DNA of 32,000 bases from Promethearchaeota archaeon (GCA_027031765.1 JALVPN010000077.1:1-32000), one strand, 5' to 3'. Shown: positions 8,999 through 18,364, numbered from the stretch's first letter. Translations and numbers: made by a program. Notes: generated by a model not told the origin, from the letters alone.

Positions 8999-10994
8999 TC
9001 TGCACAGCGACACCACGACTGAATGCCAGCATCTCGGGCCCGGTCAGGAGTGCACGCCCCACGCCCACCATCTGCCTGTCGGGGCCCAGGACCACCACCT
9101 CCTCTCCGGCCCGCAGGTCATCACTGGCCCATGCCACGAACTTTGCAAGGGCCGAGCGGCCCTTGGCAACATATTCGGCAGCCTCCTCCTCCATGACAAC
9201 ATGGTACACCTCGTCGAGCCCCGCGTCAATGAGCAGCTGGCCACCCGAATAGGTGGGGGTAAGCAGCCCCGTAGTCGGTACCAGTGTGAACACCAGCTCA
9301 TCACCGGACAGGACATGCCTCACCTTGCCCGTGCTCCGCGATGTCCTCACATCCAGGCGTGACACATCGGACGCGTCAAGCTGCAGACCCCACTGGAACG
9401 CGACGAGTGCGGTGAGTTTCCTTTGCCAGTAGACAGCGCTGCCCGCCGGCGGCATGTGGTCCAGCACACTGGACATGGAGTCAATACGTGTGACACCGGG
9501 GACATGCTCAGAGAGGCGGTCGGTGGGTACAGGTCGCGACAGCCACAGTGCCTCTTCGTACTCGATGCTGTTGACCAGGGCCTGCAGACGCCGTCCTGCC
9601 ACTGCGAGGGTCTCGCTGTCGAGAGATGATGGGAACACGCACTGCTGGGCAGGATGGACATGCTCCAGTTCCCAGGGCACCACACCAATAGGAGTGACGA
9701 AGAACAGTAATGTGTCGTCCTGTGATGTTTCTCGCACCCTGTCGACGAGTGGTCCGGTCGTGTCTGCAAAGGGCGGGTCACCGAGAGGGGGTACGAACAC
9801 AATGGTGCGTGCCCGCCGGAACGGGTATCTTGTGGCGACGCGGTGGCTGAAACGTAGCACCGCCGGGTGACGTGTCGTCTCGGCGCCTGTGAAGAGCACG
9901 GAGGAGGGGTTCGCAACGGGGTCGTGCCGCTCGATGAGGTCGATGTGCTCCATCATGGCCTGGAATGCCTCATACAGTGCAGGGTGAGCACGTGCACGCA
10001 TGGCTGCAAGCTCGAAGAGCTTGCCCTCTGCAATTGCCACCCGCACACGTCGCATCTCGGCAGCACTCACATACAGGTTGTGACGCATCAACACGTAGGC
10101 CCGCTCACTCTTGGAATACGCCATGAGCATGTCCACCGAGTCACCGGCACAGACGGGACACTCACACGGCAGTTCCCGCAGCTCATCGAGGTGTGCAGTG
10201 CCAGTGGGGAGCAGCATGCGGTCCGTATCTGCGAACTTGGCATACGACGCAGAGTCGAAGAGGTCGCAGCCGAGCAGGGCGGCCTGTGCGAAGAACATTG
10301 GGTGACCACACCCAAAGAGGTGCACGGGTCTGTCAGGCGGCAGGTGCTGTTTCGCAGCGAGGACTGCACGCACTATGTCCGCATACCGGTACTGTTCCAT
10401 GAGGGGGACCGCACCACCCACAGGGTGCACATCGAAGTCCATCTTTGAGAGCTCCCGTGCAGCGTGGGCGCGCAGATCAGGATATGAACCGCCCTGCACG
10501 GTCCCGGCCAGCAGCATGTCCCCCTTCTCAGCAGTAGAGACCGCAGCACGTTCTAGCGAGACCCGGACATCCTCCTCTACCCGCTGGCGCCCGACATCCG
10601 GGTCCGAGAAGACATCGAGGATTGTGCCGATGTCAGAACCAATCTCCCGCTGGAAACGCACAATGTCAATGGGGTCAATCTCGTCCTCTGGGAGGTCGTG
10701 CACGTACATCTGGAACGTCCCGGAGTCCGTCATCACGGGGCCTGAGAACCCCAGCAGGCTGTGTACACCCTCTTCAAGGGCACGGTCACGGAACTTGGCG
10801 CGTGAACGGATGATGTACGAGTTGGTGATGACCATCTGGTAACCAAAGACCGACGCCATCTCTGCCGGTGGTATCTCGGACTTGCCCGGGTGCACAACAG
10901 GCATTAGGAGGGGGGTGCGCACCGTACCATGGGCAGTGCGGAGGAGCCCCAGCCTGGCAAGACCGTCCTTGGCACGGATCTCGAAGTGACTCAT
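8976..10994 (-). CDS. tgtA: Archaeosine tRNA-guanine(15) transglycosylase with C-terminal PUA domain
   Basis: GTVRTPLLMPV, catalytic MTDSGTFQ, GGAVP, HLFGCG, DLFDSA and the Zn site CECPVC...HN. The C-terminus is PUA-like (GRSALAKFV...GEEVVV...GVAVQTRH). Confidence 0.93.
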   Translation of the reverse strand: MSHFEIRAKDGLARLGLLRTAHGTVRTPLLMPVVHPGKSEIPPAEMASVFGYQMVITNSYIIRSRAKFRDRALEEGVHSLLGFSGPVMTDSGTFQMYVHDLPEDEIDPIDIVRFQREIGSDIGTILDVFSDPDVGRQRVEEDVRVSLERAAVSTAEKGDMLLAGTVQGGSYPDLRAHAARELSKMDFDVHPVGGAVPLMEQYRYADIVRAVLAAKQHLPPDRPVHLFGCGHPMFFAQAALLGCDLFDSASYAKFADTDRMLLPTGTAHLDELRELPCECPVCAGDSVDMLMAYSKSERAYVLMRHNLYVSAAEMRRVRVAIAEGKLFELAAMRARAHPALYEAFQAMMEHIDLIERHDPVANPSSVLFTGAETTRHPAVLRFSHRVATRYPFRRARTIVFVPPLGDPPFADTTGPLVDRVRETSQDDTLLFFVTPIGVVPWELEHVHPAQQCVFPSSLDSETLAVAGRRLQALVNSIEYEEALWLSRPVPTDRLSEHVPGVTRIDSMSSVLDHMPPAGSAVYWQRKLTALVAFQWGLQLDASDVSRLDVRTSRSTGKVRHVLSGDELVFTLVPTTGLLTPTYSGGQLLIDAGLDEVYHVVMEEEAAEYVAKGRSALAKFVAWASDDLRAGEEVVVLGPDRQMVGVGRALLTGPEMLAFSRGVAVQTRHSKRS

Positions 10995-11272
10995 GATGGG
11001 TCATCACGGGCGGAGCTGCGCATTGGATGAATCTTTTGATAGTGCGAGGACTGCTGACGGGACGGGACACCACATGTGTGTGACGCCTGCACGCGGGCTG
11101 CTGGTGACATGCGACATGGTGGCATGATACAGTACATGTGGGTATGGGCGGGTGTACACGGTCTGGTGACTGACCGATGGGGTACAGGGGCCAGCACCGG
11201 CCCCTCCATGAAGTGGGGCTGGCCAGTGGGGCGACTGCCAGTGGAATCAATGCTATAAGTCAAAGGGGCAAC

Positions 11273-12571
11273 ATGCACTGCAAGATGGAAACAGGCACCG
11301 CCGTGCTAGTCCAGCGCAGATCGCCTGAAGAACCAGACCTGATGGACGAGTTCGAGGCCCTTGCTGAAACGGCAGGCTACACGGTCATCGGAAAGTTCGA
11401 CGTAGTGGGCCCGCCGTCTGCTAGGTTCGGCATCCGGACCGGGAAGGTCGAGGAGATAGGGACATGGATTGAACACCGACAGCCGGACTTTGTGCTCTTC
11501 GCGCCGGCGCTCAGGTCGGGCCAGATGTTCAGGTTGATGGAGGAGTGGGGGGTCGAGGTACGCGACAGGACACAGCTCATCCTTGAGATCTTTGACAGGC
11601 ACGCACGTACACCACAGGCAAAGCTCCAGATAGAACAGGCACGTCTGAGCTACGAGCTGCCGTTCCAGAGGCACCAGATCAGGATGCGCCTGCAGAGGGA
11701 GCACACAGGGGACAGGCCGACCACCGAACAGGTCGGTGCTGGAGAGGACCTGCTCAACATGAGGGTGAGGGAGATACGCAGGCGGATAGCCCACATACGT
11801 CGCAGGCTCACCGAGATCTGGCGGGCCCAGGACCTGAAGCGGAAACAGCGTGACCAGAGGGGCTTCTACGAGGTGGCGCTGGCAGGCTATACGAATGCCG
11901 GGAAGAGCACCCTGCACCGGGCACTGACCGGCTCCGAGGTCGAGGTCGCAGACGGGCTGTTCACCACCCTTTCGACAAAGGCGTCGTTGCTCGGGACACC
12001 CGGGCGGCGCACAGTGCTGATAGACTCTGTGGGCTTCATCAGTTCGCTCCCCCGCGACCTGTTGGATGCGTTCCGGACCACCCTGCAGGAGATTGCCGAT
12101 GCCGATGTCATTGTCCTCGTAGTGGACGGGTCGGACAGCACGGACGAGATCATGAGGAAGACCGCGACCTGTACCAGCACGTTCCTGGAGATAGGTGCCA
12201 ATGGTATACCAGTCGTGGTGGCCATGAACAAGGTCGACCTGCTGACGGAGGCCGAGGTCGAGGAGAGGCTGGACGTACTCAGGAGCACATACGAGAGCGT
12301 TGTCCCGGTCTCAGCCATGCATGGGATCAACCTGCAGACACTCGTGGCCGAGGTCGAGAAACGGCTGCCACCTCTTGAACACTACCAGCTCTCATTGGAG
12401 TATGGTGACGAGTCTGCATCACTCATATCGTGGCTGCACGAGGTGGGACGCATTGAGCACAAGGAGTACAGTGCACATGGAGTGCGGTTGGATGTCGCAC
12501 TCACGGCGGACATTGCTGCCAAGTTGTCGAGGATAGTCCCACCGGACAGGATCCGCAGGAGAGGCCACTGA
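11273..12571 (+). CDS. hflX: Ribosome-associated GTPase HflX
   Basis: LILEIFDRHA, QIEQARLSY, G1 GYTNAGKS, LFTTL, G3 DSVGF, G4 NKVD. Start is at ATG 11273 or 11285 (CTATAAG box at about 11253). The ORF-track start at 11177 is probably too long. Confidence 0.92.
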   Translation: MHCKMETGTAVLVQRRSPEEPDLMDEFEALAETAGYTVIGKFDVVGPPSARFGIRTGKVEEIGTWIEHRQPDFVLFAPALRSGQMFRLMEEWGVEVRDRTQLILEIFDRHARTPQAKLQIEQARLSYELPFQRHQIRMRLQREHTGDRPTTEQVGAGEDLLNMRVREIRRRIAHIRRRLTEIWRAQDLKRKQRDQRGFYEVALAGYTNAGKSTLHRALTGSEVEVADGLFTTLSTKASLLGTPGRRTVLIDSVGFISSLPRDLLDAFRTTLQEIADADVIVLVVDGSDSTDEIMRKTATCTSTFLEIGANGIPVVVAMNKVDLLTEAEVEERLDVLRSTYESVVPVSAMHGINLQTLVAEVEKRLPPLEHYQLSLEYGDESASLISWLHEVGRIEHKEYSAHGVRLDVALTADIAAKLSRIVPPDRIRRRGH

Positions 12572-12646
12572 ACACGGTGCCCACGTGGGAACATTCTTTT
12601 GAGTGCGCACACCGCCAGTATGAGAGCTTGAGGAGGTATGTGAGAA

Positions 12647-13312
12647 GTGATAGCCCTTCGACTGAAGGCACCAGAGAAAATCCTTGAGGCGCTGGAGGGA
12701 CACGAGAAGATAGTGCTCTTTGGGGACTCCGGGTGTGCCCAGCTGTGTGATGTGGGCGGACTGCTCCAGCTCGAGGACATGGAGGACTTCCTGACAAGGA
12801 ACGGGAAGACCGTCCTCGGTGCTGTGTTCGTCGAGGGTGGCATCTGCAATGGCCCTGTCTTCAGGAGTACGGTGCAGGAGCAACGGGCAGTGATAGACAG
12901 CGCCGACGCACTGCTGGTACAGGCCTGTGGTGTCGCAGTACAGACCATTGTAGAACACATCCCGGAGAAGGAGGCCTTCCCTGCGGCTGACTCGATGTTC
13001 CTCGGGGTTTCAAGGGGGCGTGGGACACACTCCGAGCTCTGCGCGATGTGCGGGGACTGCATCCTCCACCTGACCGGCGGGATATGCCCACTGGCCCGCT
13101 GTGCGAAGGGGATACTCAACGGCCCCTGCGGTGGCTCCATGAACGGCAAGTGCGAGAGGGATGAGGACACTGACTGCGCATGGCAGCTCATCTACGACAG
13201 GCTGCGGGCACTGGGAAAGCTCGACAACATCCGGAAGGTGTGGGAGATGAAGGACTGGAGGAGCTCACATGGGCCGCGGGTCATCTCGCACCATGGAGGC
13301 GCAATAGCCTAA
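12647..13312 (+). CDS. metV: Methylenetetrahydrofolate reductase C-terminal-domain (MetV-like, Cys-rich Fe-S/Zn) subunit
   Basis: GCAQLC and ACGVAVQ, plus the Cys cluster CAMCGDC...GICPLARCAKGILNGPCGG...GKCE...CAW. It is immediately upstream of metF. GTG start with SD GGAGGT. Confidence 0.8.
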   Translation: MIALRLKAPEKILEALEGHEKIVLFGDSGCAQLCDVGGLLQLEDMEDFLTRNGKTVLGAVFVEGGICNGPVFRSTVQEQRAVIDSADALLVQACGVAVQTIVEHIPEKEAFPAADSMFLGVSRGRGTHSELCAMCGDCILHLTGGICPLARCAKGILNGPCGGSMNGKCERDEDTDCAWQLIYDRLRALGKLDNIRKVWEMKDWRSSHGPRVISHHGGAIA

Positions 13313-13360
13313 AGATAATAAGGGGTCTCAGCCGGTCGAGTCCAGAAACACGAGGAGAGG

Positions 13361-14293
13361 ATAACACTCGGTAGCGGAACACGGCTGCAACAGTCACTGG
13401 AAAGAGAAGGCCTGACCATCACCGGGGAAATCGTACCCCCCCGCGGTGCCAGCCCGAAGGCCCTGCTTGAGAAGGCACGGGCGGTCGCTGCGGACTGTGT
13501 CGCCATCAACATCACGGACAACATACGCGGGAACCCAGCAATGAGCAGCATTGCAGCCAGCCACCTGATATGTGACGTGGGTGCCGAACCAATACTCCAA
13601 CTGTCGACACGCGACAGGAACCGCATACTGCTTGAGAGCGAGCTGTATGGCGCCCATGCGCTTGGCATCAGGAACGTCCTCTTTGTGACTGGCGACCACA
13701 CGCTGCTCGGCACCCATCCGCATGCAAAGATGGTCTATGACCTCGACTCGATACAGGCCCTCCAGCTGGCCTCGGAGCTCATGCATGGCAGGGACCTGGC
13801 GGGAAAGGAGCTCGATGGTACACCGTCGTTCTATCTGGGCTCCACCTTCAACCCGTACGCAGACCCCATGGAGCTCCATGCCTGGCGGGTCGAGAAGAAG
13901 CGGGATGCCGGGGCACAGTTCTTCCAGACGCAGGCAGTATACGATGTCGGGCGGTTCAGAGACTTCATGGCACAGATACGGGGCCTCGGAGTGTACGTGC
14001 TCGCCGGGATATACGTCCTGAGAGGGCCGAAGACCGCGAGGTTCATGGACGAGCGCGTGCCGGGGATATACATCCCAGAGGAGATAATTGAACGGCTCGA
14101 GAAGGCTGGGGAGGGCCTGAGTGGCAAGGAGGCCCGGGCCCGCAGACGGGAGGAGGGCATAGCGATAGCCCTTGAGACCACAAGGGAGGTGATGAGGGTG
14201 CCGGGGGTGCACGGTATTGACCTGATGGGGACGGGCTGGGAGCCACACATCACACGCTTCATCGAATCTGCAAGCGGACAGCAGGAGGGATAG
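13361..14293 (+). CDS. metF: Methylenetetrahydrofolate reductase (MetF); start codon uncertain
   Basis: My translation upstream of the track's ATG 13541 continues as LTITGEIVPPRG...AINITDN. It is followed by EPILQLSTRDRN, LFVTGDH, KKRDAGAQFFQTQAVYD and GIDLMG. There is no ATG/GTG/TTG between the in-frame stops at 13310-13321 and 13541. Confidence 0.85.
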   Translation: MTLGSGTRLQQSLEREGLTITGEIVPPRGASPKALLEKARAVAADCVAINITDNIRGNPAMSSIAASHLICDVGAEPILQLSTRDRNRILLESELYGAHALGIRNVLFVTGDHTLLGTHPHAKMVYDLDSIQALQLASELMHGRDLAGKELDGTPSFYLGSTFNPYADPMELHAWRVEKKRDAGAQFFQTQAVYDVGRFRDFMAQIRGLGVYVLAGIYVLRGPKTARFMDERVPGIYIPEEIIERLEKAGEGLSGKEARARRREEGIAIALETTREVMRVPGVHGIDLMGTGWEPHITRFIESASGQQEG

Positions 14294-14297
14294 GAGG

Positions 14298-15215
14298 TTG
14301 TTCGTGTTCAAGAAGGAGCAACAGGTAATAGAGATTGGAGGCGTGAGCGTAGGCGGGCAGCCCGGGGAGCACCCCACCGTACTGATAGGTGGCATGTTCT
14401 TCAAGGGCCAGCCCATCGTCAAGAACACAAAGCAGGGGATATTCGACGAGGAGATGGCCCGTGAGTGGGTCGACCTTGCCAACGACATGGTGATCCGCAC
14501 AGGACACCCGCTCATCATACAGGTGTACGGCCGCACCGAGACCGCCATGGAGCGTCACATAGGCTGGCTCGCAGAGAACTTCGACGGGCCCTTCATGTTC
14601 GAGTCGACGAACGCAAAGGCGCGGGTGAGAGGGATTGAGTACTGCAACGAGACCGGCCTCCATGACAGGGCAATCTACAACTCGGTCAACCTGTCGATGA
14701 AGGACGATGAGAAACAGGTCCTGTCCAACAGCCGCATTGACTCCGCAGTTGTCCTTGGCTGGTCGCCACGCGCCACGAGCCTTGAGGAACGGATGGAAAC
14801 AGTAGGGGCAATGATTACGGAGGCCCGTGAGATGGGGCTCCAGCGGCTGCTCGTGGACCCTGCAACTCTGCCCGTGGGCGCAGGGTACGGACTCGAACTG
14901 CGCACTATGATTGCGATAAAGTCACAGCACGGTCTGCCGACCTGTCTGGGCCCCCACAATGCGCCCTCGGCGTGGCAGTTCATCAAGCAGCCCGGCCTTG
15001 ACGACGAGCCGGCACACCTCTCGGCAGTGGTCGCGGCAACGGTGGCGGCTCAGCTGTTCGCCACAGATGCGGTCATGTATGGCTCGATGGCACGGACGAG
15101 GGAGGCCTTCATTGCGGTTGCCCTGATAGGGAATGCACTCGCAGCCACTGCGGCCGAGGCATCCCATGCACTCGGGGTGGACAGGCAGCTCTTTGAACCG
15201 CCCACATCGTTCTGA
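14298..15215 (+). CDS. mtrH: MtrH-family methyl-pterin:corrinoid methyltransferase, divergent paralog 1
   Basis: MFVFKKEQQVIEIGGVSVGGQPGEHPTVL, IYNSVN, GLPTCLGPHNA and VMYG, all MtrH-family hallmarks. TTG start with SD. Confidence 0.8.
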   Translation: MFVFKKEQQVIEIGGVSVGGQPGEHPTVLIGGMFFKGQPIVKNTKQGIFDEEMAREWVDLANDMVIRTGHPLIIQVYGRTETAMERHIGWLAENFDGPFMFESTNAKARVRGIEYCNETGLHDRAIYNSVNLSMKDDEKQVLSNSRIDSAVVLGWSPRATSLEERMETVGAMITEAREMGLQRLLVDPATLPVGAGYGLELRTMIAIKSQHGLPTCLGPHNAPSAWQFIKQPGLDDEPAHLSAVVAATVAAQLFATDAVMYGSMARTREAFIAVALIGNALAATAAEASHALGVDRQLFEPPTSF

Positions 15216-15238
15216 TATCTGGCAGGTGGTGGTAGACG

Positions 15239-15931
15239 GTGGGGCAGAGTGCTGACAGGCAGTGGCCGCCGGTGCCAGGCGACTTCATTGTGGGCGACCC
15301 GGGACACCCGGTGGCCATATGCACGCTCGGTAAGAAGATTGATGTTGACTGTGAGTACGCCATAATCGGGACGTGCAAGACCGAGAACATAGGGATAGAG
15401 AGGGTCATTGTGAACATAGTCTCGAACCCAAGGGTCAGGTACCTGATACTCGCAGGCCCAGAGGTGCCGGGTCACAGGACGGGACAGTCCCTCAAGAGCC
15501 TGTATGAGAACGGGGTCGATAGCAAGACCCGGCGGATTGTGGGTGCGGAGGGGGCGATACCGTTCATTGAGAACGTGCCCCTTGAGGCGGTCGAGCGGTT
15601 CCGTCAGCAGGTACAGCTCGTCAACATGCTGAACATCACCGACCCGTCGAGGATTGCGGACACCGCTGCAGAGCTCGCACGCAAAGACCCCGGCGAGTTC
15701 CCGGACGGACCCATGTGGGTGGACTTTGGCACGCACCAGGGTGCCACCCGCGTCCTCACTCCGGGCGGTGCGGTTGCCATTGTCCCGGAGCTCGGTATTG
15801 CGCTCGACCCGTGGACGTCGCTGGTGTCATCACGGGACGCCATGGTGATAGTCTCAGTGCACCCATCAACCGTGGTCGCAGAGTTGCAGGAACAGGACGG
15901 TGGACACGTGATTGTTGTGAGGGAGGTATGA
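15239..15931 (+). CDS. mtrA: MtrA-family corrinoid protein, soluble, with C-terminal extension
   Basis: WPPVPGDFIVGDP, VAICTLG, KTENIGIERVIVNIVSNP, the cobamide-ligand motif EVPGHRTGQ, GAIPFIEN and KDPG. No convincing C-terminal TM helix. Confidence 0.88.
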   Translation: MGQSADRQWPPVPGDFIVGDPGHPVAICTLGKKIDVDCEYAIIGTCKTENIGIERVIVNIVSNPRVRYLILAGPEVPGHRTGQSLKSLYENGVDSKTRRIVGAEGAIPFIENVPLEAVERFRQQVQLVNMLNITDPSRIADTAAELARKDPGEFPDGPMWVDFGTHQGATRVLTPGGAVAIVPELGIALDPWTSLVSSRDAMVIVSVHPSTVVAELQEQDGGHVIVVREV

Positions 15932-15937
15932 CAGACA

Positions 15938-16873
15938 GTGTTCGTGTTCGAACGTGAGCAGCAGATCTTTGACATCGGTGGTGTCACGGTCGGTGGCACT
16001 CCGGGAGAGAACCCGACCGTCCTTGCCGGGACGATATTCTACTCCGGTGACAAGACCGTCCGCGACGCCCGTACGGGCGAGTTCGATGCGGCGGAGGCGG
16101 AGAGGCTGGTCACGACACAGGACGAGCTGTCAGACATGACGGGCAACCCGGCCCTCGTCCAGGTGTTTGCACAGTCGCCGCGTGCTGTGGAGAGGTACAT
16201 CGACTTTGTGAGCGAGGTCACTGATGCGCCGTTCCTGATAGACTCCACAGACCCTGAGACACGGGTCGCGGGGCTCCGTCATGCGGAGGAGGTGGGGCTG
16301 CTCGACAGGGCGGTGTACAACTCCGTCAACATCTCAATGACCGAGGACGAACGGATGGCCCTCTCCGAGATGGGACAGCTGTGTGCGATAGTCCTTGCTT
16401 TCAACCCCCATGACGCGACGATTGCAGGGCGCAGGGCCGTCCTCGAGTCAGGGACGCCGGAGATGGGAGAGGGGCTGCTTGAGACCTGTGAGAAGGTGGG
16501 CATCAACAGGCCACTCATAGACACAGCAATGACCTCCCTCGGGGCCGGGGCGGGGCCCGCCGTGGCATTCACCCTCGTTGCAAAGAGCCTCTATGGCTAT
16601 CCCACCGGGTGCGGTATACACAATGCCGTGTCGTCGTGGCCATGGCTGCTGGGACTGAAGCGACACGACAAAGAGGCATACCGCACCTGTGATGTCGCGT
16701 CCAACGTCATCGTACAGCTGATGGGCGGTGACTTTGTCCTCTACGGGCCCATAAAGAATGCCAGGCTCGTGTTCCCTGTGGCTGCAATGGCAGACGCGCT
16801 CGCGGCCGAGTGCGTGAGCATGGAGCTCGGTGTCAGTCCGGCCGATGGGCACCCGTTCAGGCGGCTGGTATAG
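15938..16873 (+). CDS. mtrH: MtrH-family methyltransferase, paralog 2 (closer to canonical)
   Basis: MFVFEREQQIFDIGG...GENPTVLAGTIFY, PFLIDST, VYNSVN, GYPTGCGIHNA and GDFVLYGPI. Confidence 0.88.
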   Translation: MFVFEREQQIFDIGGVTVGGTPGENPTVLAGTIFYSGDKTVRDARTGEFDAAEAERLVTTQDELSDMTGNPALVQVFAQSPRAVERYIDFVSEVTDAPFLIDSTDPETRVAGLRHAEEVGLLDRAVYNSVNISMTEDERMALSEMGQLCAIVLAFNPHDATIAGRRAVLESGTPEMGEGLLETCEKVGINRPLIDTAMTSLGAGAGPAVAFTLVAKSLYGYPTGCGIHNAVSSWPWLLGLKRHDKEAYRTCDVASNVIVQLMGGDFVLYGPIKNARLVFPVAAMADALAAECVSMELGVSPADGHPFRRLV

Positions 16874-16888
16874 GACGGGTGTAGCAGT

Positions 16889-18298
16889 ATGCCCACAAGG
16901 CCCACATTTGTGCGCCCGCCACGCATGGGCACGCTGTCACTCAGGAAGGGGCCGTTCTATACGGTGGCCTCTGTAGAACTCGGTAATACCACCACCAAGT
17001 GTGTGGTAGTGACGACCGACCTCAGGACAGCGCGCATGTACATGCTGGGAAAGCTCGTGCGTCTGACGCGTGAGGCAAGACCACCGCGGGAGGGGGAGCT
17101 GGTCTTTGGGAGGACGCTCACTGGCACACCGCTCACACGGGAGTCCGTGGCAGAGCTGGTCGCCGAGACCCTCACGGGAGCTGTAAGGCAGGTGAGGCTG
17201 GACATTGAGCGCGACCTCCACTTCGTCGTCCGGTCCACGGGCGTGACCGCAGGGTTCGCCACACCGTCAGAGGTCGGCGAGATGGTCAGGGCCCTTGCCC
17301 AGGGCTGTCTGCAGGCCGGGATCCCGCCACGGAAGATGACAGCATCAATCTCACTCGACAGGGTCCCACCAGGGCTCCGGCGCTACAGCCTCCTTGACAG
17401 GGTCTACTTTGATGGGGCGGTGGCCGGGACGCGTCCCCCGGCGGCAACGGAAATCGTAGCAAATGAAATGGAGGGGGAGCTGGTCACTGCCGGACTGAAG
17501 GGTGCCGCAAAGAACACGCAGGTCGACTTCAGGAACCCTGTCATGACCCTGGACTTCGGCACCACACTGGCCGGACGCGTGACTGACGAGTCGTACCCCT
17601 ATGCAGATACCATTGGCTCGTTTGCGGGGCTTGGTGGGGCGATACCGGACGCCCTCGTCCGTGGTGCAGGCCTTGCAGACCCGGTCACTGGTTGCGTCCT
17701 TGATGTCGAGGCCCCGAAACGGTACAGCGTGGAGGTGGGCGAGTGGCTCGAAAAAGTGCACTCGCTTGTGGATGTGCGGACAGTCCCAGCTGGTACCACC
17801 AGGTTCGGCACGGTGCCCGTAGACACCAGGGCAGCGGACGAGTCAGGGGTCGTGCTGATAGGCGTCGACGCTGGGAGGAACGGGTCTGCCCTGTCGGAGC
17901 TGGAGAGACTGGGCGCGGAGGTCTACGAGGCGGGCGGACTGGGACTGCTGATGGGCCTTGTCGACCGGGTGCAGGTACAGACAGTGCAGAGGCTCGTGAG
18001 CACCGCGGAGGAGGAGGGCATCGTGCTCCCCCGGACGGCACTTGGCCTGACAGGAAGGGGGATTACGACTGGCACGAAGCCGCGACTGGTCACAAAGTAC
18101 CTGACCACTGCGAGCGGCGAGCCCTGGACAGAGTCGCATGTCCTGCTCATGGTAGAGGACGGGCTTGCCCTCGGAGCTGCGGTAGCGGCCCGCTGCATGA
18201 ACTCCATGGGGACTCCCAAGCACCCGATAGGTGGCCGTCAGGGTGACGGGTGCGTGCTGGCCGCGCGGCGCGAGGCACAGAAGGGCCGTACTGGATGA
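16889..18298 (+). CDS. Methanogenesis marker protein 14 family (DUF2114), ASKHA/actin-like ATPase fold
   Basis: YTVASVELGNTTTK, FVVRSTGV, VANEMEGEL, DFRNPVMTLDFGTTLAG and the C-terminal EDGLALGAAVAARCMNSMGTP..PIGG. The family was recognised from memory of its conserved motifs. Confidence 0.8.
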   Translation: MPTRPTFVRPPRMGTLSLRKGPFYTVASVELGNTTTKCVVVTTDLRTARMYMLGKLVRLTREARPPREGELVFGRTLTGTPLTRESVAELVAETLTGAVRQVRLDIERDLHFVVRSTGVTAGFATPSEVGEMVRALAQGCLQAGIPPRKMTASISLDRVPPGLRRYSLLDRVYFDGAVAGTRPPAATEIVANEMEGELVTAGLKGAAKNTQVDFRNPVMTLDFGTTLAGRVTDESYPYADTIGSFAGLGGAIPDALVRGAGLADPVTGCVLDVEAPKRYSVEVGEWLEKVHSLVDVRTVPAGTTRFGTVPVDTRAADESGVVLIGVDAGRNGSALSELERLGAEVYEAGGLGLLMGLVDRVQVQTVQRLVSTAEEEGIVLPRTALGLTGRGITTGTKPRLVTKYLTTASGEPWTESHVLLMVEDGLALGAAVAARCMNSMGTPKHPIGGRQGDGCVLAARREAQKGRTG

Positions 18299-18364
18299 GG
18301 AAGACCTATCAGGCCACGGCCCCGTGTCAGGGGCGGCCGAGAGAGCACAGGAGGTCACCGGTCA

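Noticed and set aside
7934-9016. 360-aa antisense ORF
   Set aside because: It is a shadow of the ABC ATPase on the opposite strand, expected at high GC, with no recognisable motifs.
12638-12649. In-frame ATG-TGA-GAA-GTG before metV, suggesting selenocysteine or readthrough
   Set aside because: The SD spacing fits GTG 12647, the TGA is not at a conserved Cys position, and no SECIS-like hairpin was recognised.
13394-14548. 384-aa antisense ORF
   Set aside because: It fully overlaps metF and mtrH, which carry clear conserved motifs.
14298-18298. mtrA/mtrH/marker 14 as evidence of methanogenesis
   Set aside because: There are no mcr genes or membrane Mtr subunits in the window, and MtrA appears soluble.
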